Below, one piece after another: positions 1 through 9,185 of a stretch of 31,747 bases of DNA (within the stretch, counting starts at the first letter, position 1; each line of letters begins with the position of its first letter). This DNA is from Octopus sinensis. Lineage: Eukaryota. Under the pieces are notes generated by a model that was not told the origin of the DNA, ran no database searches, and worked only from the letters and a program-made list of their open reading frames with translations. The stretch lies in contig NW_021829648.1 of NCBI RefSeq assembly GCF_006345805.1, positions 1 to 31,747 of the forward strand. The letters are read 5' to 3'. Both the position numbers and the translations under genes were made by a program.

Positions 1-261
1 TAATGGTGATCATTTGCAGCCTGAAGTATCGCAGCTAAAAAGAAACGGTGAGGAACGGTGGAATGAAATCAGATCCATCGATCCATCGAGCTATCGATCA
101 ATCCATATAGACATTCATACATATACATACACACACACATATTTGTAAACAATTATAAACAAGGGCAAAAGAAAAATAAGCTGAAAACGTTACCTATAAA
201 TCAACTAAATTCGCTTTCATATAAGTAACGATTAGATTTTTAATTACATATCTACTAATAC

Positions 262-304
<43 letters not shown>

Positions 305-457
305 TTTTACACTTCTCTCGTCGCACATTTAAACAGTAATTCGTATTCGCCATTCATACTTCGAACTGATCAAATATTTAATTATTAAGTGAGTACCTAT
401 TATAACTTGAAAAGGTAATCTATATTATACAGTTTTACTACATTCTTTTCGGCTTTC

Positions 458-606
458 TTATATACCGTTATAACAACGCTTTCCTTTTCGTTTTTGTATT
501 TGGTTCGCAAGATTCTTTATGTGAATTCGTGTGTTGAAGCAAATTTTGTAGTGTCTAGGGATAGTCATTACGCAAATATCAATAACACACGCACTGGTCA
601 ATTCCT
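458..606 (-). repeat. Unclassified dispersed repeat 'family F', copy 1, containing a 36-codon frame MTIPRHYKICFNTRIHIKNLANQIQKRKGKRCYNGI* (568..458)
   Basis: Similar to 24629-24790 (same strand) and to the inverted copy at 926-1000. Its head abuts (TA)n at ~607. Confidence 0.7.
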
Positions 607-632
607 GTCTCATATATATATGTGTGTGTGTG

Positions 633-681
<49 letters not shown>

Positions 682-840
682 TGTGTGTGTGTGTCTGTGT
701 CTGTGTCTGTGTCTCTGTGTGTGTGTGTGTTTGTGCGTGTGTGTGTGCGTGTGCGTGCGTGTACGAATAACTCATCCTTGTTTTTTCCTGTCCGTCTTTG
801 TATCGTCTATCTGCCCGGATGTTTTATTGTCGTCATACAT

Positions 841-925
<85 letters not shown>
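607..925. repeat. Compound microsatellite block (TA)n/(TG)n/(TGTC)n/(TA)n with a short unique spacer
   Basis: Directly visible. It accounts for the ORFs at 458..775, 494..934 and 622..891. Confidence 0.95.
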
Positions 926-1000
926 AGAAGTTGAGTTGAACCAGTGCGTGTGTTATTGATATTGTGTAATGACTCCTAGACACAATAAGACTTTCTTTTT
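926..1000 (+). repeat. Family F copy 3, truncated and inverted relative to copy 1
   Basis: ccagtgcgtgtgttattgatatt-gtgtaatgact---cctagacac is the reverse complement of 551-598 apart from small indels. Confidence 0.7.
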
Positions 1001-1063
1001 CTGAGTTTTATTTTTGATTTTATACTTTACAGAGTTATTATGGCGTATCGTATCTTGTACCTA

Positions 1064-1251
1064 TCTTTTATCTTTTACTTGTTTTCGTCCTTGGACTGCG
1101 GCCACGCTGGAGCACCGTGTTGAGTAATTTTAGTCGAATGAATCGACTCTAGTACTTTTTTAATATCTGGTACTTATTCTATCTCTTTTGCCGAATCGCT
1201 ATGTTACGGGGACGTAAACACACCAACACCGGTTGTCAAGCGGTGGTGGAG
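1064..1251 (-). mobile_element. SINE family A, 3' half only
   Basis: gactgcggccacgctggagcacc...cttttgccgaatcgct...cggggacgtaaacacacc...ggttgtcaagc matches the reverse of the 3' half of the full copy at 11041-11450. Confidence 0.85.
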
Positions 1252-1255
1252 GACT

Positions 1256-1418
1256 TTTTACGTCCGCGTAACTTAGCACTTCGGCAGAAGAGACCGATAG
1301 AATAATGGCCAAACTCTTAAACAAAGTAAGTACTGAATCGATTGGTTCCATTAAAAGCCCGTCAGGGCAATGCTCCAGCATGGCCGCAATCTATTGACTG
1401 AAACAAGTTAAAGATAGA
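1256..1418 (+). mobile_element. SINE family A, 3' half only, inverted against the preceding copy
   Basis: ttcggcagaagagaccgatagaata...tgctccagcatggccgcaatctattgactgaaacaagt. Confidence 0.8.
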
Positions 1419-1507
1419 TGATAATTATTAAAATTTTGAAATTATCTTAGGAGTCTGAATCCTAGGTTTATCTTTTAACCATGTTCGCCCTTTTTGTTTT
1501 CCTGCAG

Positions 1508-1562
1508 GTGATCCACATCAAGGTTTTGTATGAAGGGGATTGATGCATGCACAGATTCCAAG
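1508..1562 (+). other. Candidate 55-nt spliced exon
   Basis: Acceptor ccctttttgttttcctgcAG| at 1507 and donor AAG|GTaggt at 1562/1563. An internal ATG at 1530 reads MKGIDACTDSK, phase 0 to the donor. No partner exon was identified. Confidence 0.45.
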
Positions 1563-1663
1563 GTAGGTGCTTCTAATTTCATAGATAACTTATATAGAAT
1601 TGTATTGTATCTGTTGAGACCACCAGGGCTGACTGCTATTTCTATGTAACCTACACGGACGTT

Positions 1664-1888
1664 GGAGGCGCGTGGTTTAGTGGTTAGGGTGTTGGACCGG
1701 GCAACGCGTTGCATTCTTGAACAAAACACTTCATTTCACGTTGCTCCAGTCCACTCAGCTGGTAAAAATGAATAATCCTGTTATGGACCGGCGTCCCGTC
1801 CAGACGGGGAATTTATACGCCATGGTAACTGGGAAACCGACCCTTATGAGTCAGCACGACTCGAGAAGGTAACTTTACCTACTTACTT
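1664..1888 (+). mobile_element. SINE family B (tRNA head + CORE-like domain), tail variant 1; B-box region deleted
   Basis: A-box tggtttagtgg; ttgaacaaaacacttcatttcacgttgctccagtccactcagctgg is shared with 15218-15540; distinct tail ends in aactttacct(actt)n. Confidence 0.8.
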
Positions 1889-2154
1889 CACTACAGACGT
1901 AGTAAATATAGCAGTCAACTCTCCCTCAAATCTTCAAAATAAAAATACAAACGGAAAGAAAAAAGGAAGAACATAAAAGAAAATTACCGGTGTTTTATTT
2001 CAGGAACGCCTTTGCCGATTTTTCTCCTCAGCGAGAGCTGATCCGGTACTAAACATCAACCCCTATTGTTGCCCTTCTATTTTTCAAATGAATTTTCCTA
2101 AAAGTTGCTTAATTTTCGTCTAGGTTTCAACTCATTGATATGAGTTTTATATAT

Positions 2155-2232
2155 GTTGTTGTTATTGTCCGCGGATCGGCCCTGAAGGAACAAATCTATG
2201 ATTAAAAGCAACCGGGCCATGACAACTCTGTC
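2155..2232 (-). mobile_element. Retroposon 3'-tail fragment ending in (AAC)n ('family E')
   Basis: The reverse complement shares atcatag..tgtt...caggg..aaca(a)caac with 11461-11548 and 27770-27860. Strongly diverged. Confidence 0.45.
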
Positions 2233-2578
2233 ATATCGTGAGGGAGGTGGTGGGTATGATGTACCACAACTGCATGGTTCTATGTCACCTTCCTATTTCT
2301 TTAAGATGGTAGAGAGTTATTCGATGGAAATTTAGTTACTATTACTAGCAGGTCGAATAACCACACAATGGTTACATGGTTACCTCCTTGATTTTATCTG
2401 TGGATGATACGTTTATGGAGGAAAGTTTAACCCAGATTATATACATACATACACGTATATACACACACTCTATATATGTATATGATTATTACCATACATA
2501 CATACATCACATACATACATCCATCATACATACTACACACACCCCTTATCTATTCACATACATTCTACTATATATATA

Positions 2579-2631
<53 letters not shown>

Positions 2632-2679
2632 CATTCCATAAATCGTCTTTAGAGCTTAAATCTTACTAATGCCATCGAG

Positions 2680-2965
2680 TTCAGCTTTATATCAATTGAG
2701 CACTTACCCCTCGAATTTTCTAACCTTGTGCTAAAATTAGAAAGAAATATTAGTTTTTAACACAGGCGCACAGCCCAAAATTTAGGAGAGGGTCACTGAT
2801 TATCTGATTAACACCAGTATTTGAATTTTACTGAGTTAAATCAATCTCAGAAAGATCAAAAATCAAATTCGTCTTCCCGAAATTTGAACTGATTCTCTCC
2901 TCTCGAAAAATGGGGGTTTGATAGATGCCCTCTCCCCAAATTGCTGGTCTTGTGCCTAATATGGT
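2680..2965. mobile_element. Cluster of degraded family C SINE tails in alternating orientation
   Basis: Motif ccttgtgc(t/c)aaaatt(a/t)gaaa at ~2725, its inverse at ~2770, and aaattgctggtcttgtgcc at ~2938. Confidence 0.55.
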
Positions 2966-2974
2966 TTCATTTTA

Positions 2975-3174
2975 GTACAAGACCATTAATTTCGGGGCGG
3001 GAAGTAAATCGATAACTTTGACCTCAGTGCTAATCTGGTACTTATTTTATCGACCCCAAAACGATGAAAGTCAAAGCCGATGTCGGTGGAGTTTGAACGT
3101 AGAACGTGAAGACGGACGAAATGCCGCTAAACATTTAACCCCGCGTGCTAACGATTCTGCCAGCTTGCTACCTT
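2975..3174 (-). mobile_element. SINE family C (tRNA head + MetaSINE-like central domain)
   Basis: ctggtacttattttatcgacccc...gatgaaag...tttgaac..agaacgt...gctaacgattctgccagct, the reverse of A-box TGGCAGAATCG and B-box GTTCAAA. The Meta-domain assignment is from memory. Confidence 0.8.
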
Positions 3175-3217
3175 GGTCTTGTCTCTAAATTAGAAGCAAT
3201 TATCATTAATCGTAGTA

Positions 3218-3410
3218 AAAGTGACGAACTGGAAGAATCGTTTCGCTGTCGGACCAAATTTCTTTGCATCATTTCTTAAGTTTTTTTGTGTTCTGAGTTC
3301 AAATTCCGCCGAGGTCAACTTCCCTTTTCGGGACGATAGAATAAATAGCAATAAAGAACTGGGATACACCACACGAAATGCTAGCCTTGTGCTAAAATTA
3401 GAAAGAATTA
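3218..3410 (+). mobile_element. SINE family C, head-to-head with 2975-3174
   Basis: gaactggaagaatcgtt...gagttcaaattccgccgaggtcaactt...ccttgtgctaaaattagaaag. Confidence 0.75.
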
Positions 3411-3548
3411 TGAGTAGTATCAATATCAGTATTATTTTATCATCATCATCATCGTCACTACCATTATCATCATCATCCTCCAAAGGTTAGACAGAATATG
3501 CAATTTTCGCTTGCATAAATATAATGCAAGACTTAGGATATATATATA

Positions 3549-5790
3549 CTAGCAGAATTGCCCGGCGATGCTCGGGGCTGAATTGCTTGAAAGTACTGTT
3601 AACGATTGCACTGAATTATGATGATTATTCAGGCAAATATTGATATAAGTTTACGGCGAATGAATGTATTTGTAAGTGTATAGAAAGCCGTGTAAAGGGG
3701 TTCCTACCCCCTCGTAGAATGGTGTAAGAATTGAATGCGAGGTTGCCTTGAAAAGAGCCATGTTATTGTTCTCATAATTGTAAGAATTTGATAGTCGTGG
3801 AAGGCGGTTTAAAACGTTCGCAGGTGAATAGGGTCTCTTCGTTTTCCACGAACGGCAGCGGATTTGCTGTTACAAAACTTCATGCTGTGTTTAAAAGAAA
3901 TGGATGCTCTATGTAGGCAAGAGGGGAATGAAGCATGGGCAGTAAATATGGGTAATTTATAAATATAGAACATAACATCTACTATCTTATGTCAGACCGG
4001 CAAGACTGTAGTGGTGCTGAATAGATGAATCACAACACAGTGGTGGAGATGTTTTCATTGATGGGCGTTATGATTAAATTTGTTGTTGTATAAATTATCT
4101 GTTGCTTAGTTTCCAAAGTGTATGTTGCGATCGTGTTGTCGCTTATGTAAACTTTAACAGTGAGAGTGTAGATGTAGGGGGTAGATGTGTCATGTACGTT
4201 GGATATAGAAGATGAGGCTGGTGGTTTGATGATGAATGGATAGAAATAGAGGTGAGCGAAGGACAGGTGTTGTTAAGTTGAAATAATGTCATGAAACGCC
4301 TAAAAAATGTAAATGCCATCATAAAAGAGAGTCGTATGTAAGTGAAATACTAACGTGTCGAAATGATGAAATGTAGTAATCCTATAAAACCTCCTGTACA
4401 CAATGTTTTTTTTGTTTTTCGTTGTGGAACGAATGCGAGAGCATCACTGTTGCTGCCGACACGCGAGCAGGCAACATAAAGCTGACCATGAGAGAAACAT
4501 GGCTCTCTCAAATGTATTCCCGCCACAGACAGTGTTTGACCCTGCGCTTTGTTAATTGACATTGCGAAACATGGCCTTACTGGGAACTGGGACCTCCGAA
4601 ATATGAAAGGAAGGTCTGCTCCTGATGGGAAAAGATGCATCCTAGGTATGAACACAACGTTGCCTCGACCGCACCCTGTGACAATGGTGGCCTCAATCAC
4701 ATTGGCAGATAAGGACTTAACGATCAAACGTGTACCATTGCATTGTTTTGGGGGAACCAAATTTCTAATGAGCATTATAGGGGCACCAACTTTAAGTTTG
4801 AGAATGTGTGGTAGTTGTCCGGGGGGGGGGGGGCTCAAAGGAATTGAGTACCTCTATTGGATAGTTGATGACGTCCTCTGGGTCAGGAGTTGTATCGATA
4901 GACTTATATACATAGACATCCCCAGGAATGAGTTTTAGCATTTCATCATTAATATGGTGAACAGTTTTATTCCTCGGGGCCAGAATAGCCCTTTGGCCAA
5001 TCCAATCCATATTCTGATAATTGGCTTTAGATCTGGGAACACTGCATCTCTGAGATCAGAAGGCGTTTTAACAATGGTACAATGGAATCGATGGCAATAT
5101 TACCATTTTCATCCCCTGGTATTTTGCCTTCGCCAAGTGCAAGGAGGGTGTGAGAAAATGCTGCTGATGTGATATCACGTCGCATATGAGCACGCATATT
5201 GGTGTGAAGTTTGAGAGTCTTCACCAGTGGCCACAATGTGGATGACTTAAGACACGCACTTACTGCATCAGCTGTAGTCCCTTTGGTAATAACGGGAAGT
5301 GTTTGTCGGAAGTCCCCTGAAAGAAGAAGTGTTATGCCTCCCATGGGAGCTGAAGAGTGTTTGATGTCTCTGAGAGATCTATCTAGTGCCTCAAGAGCAC
5401 ATCTGTGGGCCATCGTGCATTCATCCCAAACGATAAGCTTGCATCGTCTGAAGACTTCTGCCTGATCGGAGCTGTTACTGGTGTTGCAAGTTGGTGTCTC
5501 AGTCTTTGCTAAGTCAAGCGAGAGCTTGAAAGTGGAGTGAGCTGTCTTGCCGCCTGGCAACAAAGTAGCCGCAATTCCAGATGATGCCACAGCTAGGGCA
5601 ATGCCTTGTGTTCGCCTAATCTCAGCCAATATTAATTTGTTGATAAAAGTTTTCCCAGTGCCCCCAGGAACGCCCAGGAATAAAATCCCCCCAGCTTTGG
5701 CCCGGACTGAATTAACAACGAATTTAAAATCTCTCAAAGCGAAAATACTTTCCATAAATCGAGCATTTAACGTGGATGGTATTTGATAAA
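3549..5790 (-). mobile_element. Helitron, 5'-truncated, 3' terminus intact
   Basis: The minus strand ends ...CCCGAGCATCGCCGGG (hairpin, 3576-3561), 8 nt, CTAG (3552-3549), then T. A helicase remnant lies inside. No Rep/HUH domain or 5' TC end was found. The left boundary is exact; the right boundary is approximate. Confidence 0.9.
4382..5755 (-). pseudogene. Helitron RepHel C-terminal PIF1-like (SF1B) helicase, frameshifted
   Basis: Walker A GVPGGTGKT, AVASSGIAATLLPGG, LIVWDE, SGDFRQTLPV, RAILAPRN, LKLKVGAPIMLIRNL, CNGTRL, FAMSINKAQGQTL, FSHGQLYVACSRV. Reconstructed end KTKNIVYxEVL* (TAG at 4384-4382). Frameshifts at ~5081, ~5026, the G13 run 4821-4833, ~4410 and ~4395. Confidence 0.93.
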
Positions 5791-6402
5791 CGTTTCTATG
5801 CTTCTATTGTCTAAATTCATATCATTCGTCACGCTATATTATTTTCTTTCGTACTATTTATCCAAATTACTCGAGGTCATATATATTTCCTGCTCTTACT
5901 TCTTTTCTATATGTCTAAGTATGGCCAAGACTTCGAAACTGTGTTCATTGAGATAAGAACATGTGTTCAGAAGTGGCGAATTTGTTTTTCGTTTCTCTTG
6001 TCAAAAAAAAAAAAAAAACAATTCTCTTTTGCTTAATGTTGTGTCAGGTCCGTAAAATACTTCATTACCTCTTGTATTTTTATTTGGAGCCCACATTTAT
6101 TTGTAATCACTGGCCATTCCCAGTTTTTACTCTTCGCTCATTTTCATCCCTGCCTTCCTTTCATACACATGCATACATGGAAATGTCGAAATTGTGATGA
6201 TTTCTGGTAGATAGTAGTTGAGAAACGGAGCGTGTCCACGTCTATTGTGTGTCTTTTTCCTGGTTACCGTACGTTTCTTTGTCGTCCCTCTATGCTACAT
6301 TTCTTCCTATATGTATATGTATGTATATATATAGTCATATAATATTATATAATAATACTATATATATATTATATATATATATATATATATAATATTTTTT
6401 AA

Positions 6403-6435
6403 TTCTTTTACTTGTTTCAGTCATTTGACTGCGGC
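6403..6435 (-). mobile_element. SINE family A, extreme 3' tip
   Basis: ttcttttacttgtttcagtcatttgactgcggc is identical to the end of the copy at 23553-23979. Confidence 0.7.
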
Positions 6436-6460
6436 TATTATATATACGTGTGTGTTGTGC

Positions 6461-6498
<38 letters not shown>

Positions 6499-6792
6499 GT
6501 ACATACATGTATACACACATACATACATACATGCATACACGCAAGCACGCGCACGCATACACACACACACACACAACCACGACGTTTCGATTCCATTGAT
6601 TTACAATCAACGTCATGAAGGTGTCGTAAGAGTACAAAATGCCAGTGGAAAGCAAAGATTCTCATAGATTAATAGAAGGAAGAGATAACCCAGCTGATCG
6701 AGCGAGTGGAATATTTACGTTTTACATGTATTCAAATATGTCATAAGTAGATAGACACCACCAGCTTTTTTTTTTTTTTTTTTTCAAATATA

Positions 6793-7009
6793 CAAATATA
6801 AACTGAAAAGTTCTTGACTTAAAGGGTATCGCCAAAGGCCTGGTTGGAAGCTCAACCTTACGAGTTCTTTTACAGGGCTTAGAAAAACTGAAGGGTTGCT
6901 ACAGTAAGTGTATGAATCTGAGAAGGGAATATGTTGAATAAAATCATAATTAACTGATCCTCCTGTATTTTCTTTTACCCAAAGCAAGGAGCTTTTCACC
7001 ACTCCTCGT
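6793..7009 (+). mobile_element. Non-autonomous mariner derivative (MITE-like), copy 1
   Basis: Right TIR cttttcaccactcctcgt; degraded left TIR (ta)caaatataaactgaaaagtt. The interior reads QGLEKLKGCYSKCMNLRREYVE*, resembling a mariner transposase C-terminus. Confidence 0.75.
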
Positions 7010-7010
7010 C

Positions 7011-7096
<86 letters not shown>

Positions 7097-7201
7097 GTAT
7101 ATATACATATTGTTAAATATATATATATATATATTATATATATATATATACATACATATACATACATATACTACACATACGCACACACCCACATACATAT
7201 A

Positions 7202-7434
7202 TATTTCTTTACTACCCACAAGGGGCTAAACATAGAGGGGACAAACAAGGACAGACAAAGGGATTAAGTCGATTACATCGACCCCAGTGCGAAACTGGTA
7301 CTTAATTTATCGACCCCGAAAGGATGAAAGGCAAAGTCGACCTCGGCGGAATTTGAACTCAGAACGTAACGGCAGACGAAATACGGCTACGCATTTCGCC
7401 CGGTGTGCTAACGTGTCTGCCAGCTCGCCGCCTT
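7202..7434 (-). mobile_element. SINE family C, well-preserved full copy with an alternative tail
   Basis: Minus strand: aaggcggcgagctggcagacacgttagc...gagttcaaattccgccgaggtcgactttgcctttcatcctttcggggtcgataaattaagtaccag...atgtttagccccttgtgggtagtaaagaaata. Confidence 0.88.
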
Positions 7435-7438
7435 TTAA

Positions 7439-7486
<48 letters not shown>

Positions 7487-7517
7487 GAATAAAGAAAAGA
7501 AAGTCCTTAGTACAGTA

Positions 7518-7548
<31 letters not shown>

Positions 7549-7561
7549 TGCGTGTGTTCGT

Positions 7562-7746
7562 GTCTGTGTTTGACAACCGATGATGGTGTGTTTACGTTCC
7601 CTTAAATTAGCGGTTCGGCAAAAAAATCCGATAGAATAAGTACTAGGCTTACAAAGAATAAGTCCTGGGGTCGATTTGTTCGACTAACGGCGTGCTCCAG
7701 CGTGGACGCAGTCAAATGACCGAAGCAAATAAAAGAATAAAAGAAT
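7562..7746 (+). mobile_element. SINE family A, 3' half following (TG)n
   Basis: gcggttcggc...gatagaataagtactaggcttacaaagaataagtcctggggtcgatttg...(aaagaata)n tail. Confidence 0.88.
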
Positions 7747-7787
7747 ATATACGCACAGACAAACATACACACACACACACACACACA

Positions 7788-7996
7788 CGAGGGATGCTGA
7801 AAAGTTCCTGGCTTTAAGGGTATCACGAAAGGCCTGGTTGTAGACCCAGCCTTCCGAGTTCTTTTACACGGTTTCGAAAAACTGACGGACCGCTGCAATA
7901 AGCGTGTGAATCTGAGAGGGGAATATATTGAATAAAATCCTCCTGTATTTTCTTTTACCCAAAGCAAGAGGCTTTTCAGCACACACACACACCTCG
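7788..7996 (+). mobile_element. Non-autonomous mariner derivative, copy 2
   Basis: TIRs cgagggatgctgaaaag and cttttcagc(ac)n cctcg followed by TA. The interior reads EKLTDRCNKRVNLRGEYIE*. Colinear with copy 1. Confidence 0.82.
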
Positions 7997-8427
7997 TATC
8001 TATATATGTAGTGTATTGTATTTGCGATAGTTTTCATATATAATTTAATGCACGGTAGGTTTTTTCATATAATTAAGATATGGGTACAAAGAAGTATCAT
8101 GGAAGAGTACCCAAAGTTGAGTATTCGGTTGAATTAGCATGCGTTTGTGTGCAAAGAGACGAAATATGAGCGAGAAAAAGGTAAACATAAATGATGAAAA
8201 GAAAATAAACAGAAAAGGAAACTAAAGCATGTGATGTAGTGTGACATAATGGAAACCGGACCCATAGGCCACTCACGCCCAGCGTGAAGTCACTTCCTGT
8301 GCAAAGTCAACAGCATCAATTCAGAGGAAGGGGGACAGCGGAGTCTTCAGACAAAGACAGCGTCAAAACAGTTACGATGAGGTGACGTATCAATGACAGA
8401 AGACTAGAGGGGCAAGAAACAGCGTTT

Positions 8428-8486
8428 ACATTGATATATATATATATATTATATATAATATATATATATATATATATCTATATATA

Positions 8487-8541
<55 letters not shown>

Positions 8542-9185
8542 TACATTCATACAAACAATATATATATACATACATACACACATACATACATATATATATA
8601 GTATACACACACACAGATACATACTACATACATATACACACACACACAATATATATAATATATATTATATATATACATACACAGATACACACTACATACA
8701 TAGACACACGCATACATACACACACACACACACACACCACACACATATATATATTATATATAATATATATATATATATATATACGTTTGTGTGTGTGCGT
8801 ATTCATTTACATACATACAGACATGTGTCTATATGTATGTATGTATGTACGTATGTTTGTATGTATGTATGTATGTATTTATGCATGTATGTATGAATGC
8901 ATGTATGTATGTATGTATGTATGTATGTATGTATGTACGTGTGTATGTATTTATTTATGTATGTATGTATGTATGTATGTATGTATTTATGTATGTATGT
9001 ATGTATGTATGTATGTATGTATTTATGCATGTATGTATGAATGCATGTATGTATGTATGTATGTATGTATGTATGTACGTGTGTATGTATGTATTTATGT
9101 ATATATGTATGTATGTACGTAAGTACGTATGTATGTATGTATGTATGTATGTATGTATGTATGTATGTATGTATGTATGTATGTT
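8428..9185. repeat. Large compound microsatellite (TA)n/(CA)n/(TATG)n with higher-order duplications
   Basis: Directly visible. The variant block atgcatgtatgtatgaatgcatg recurs at 8881 and 9025. Confidence 0.95.

Noticed and set aside
4549-5786. Plus-strand ORFs 4549..4938, 4954..5172, 5211..5465 and 5547..5786
   Set aside because: Antisense shadows of the Helitron helicase frame.
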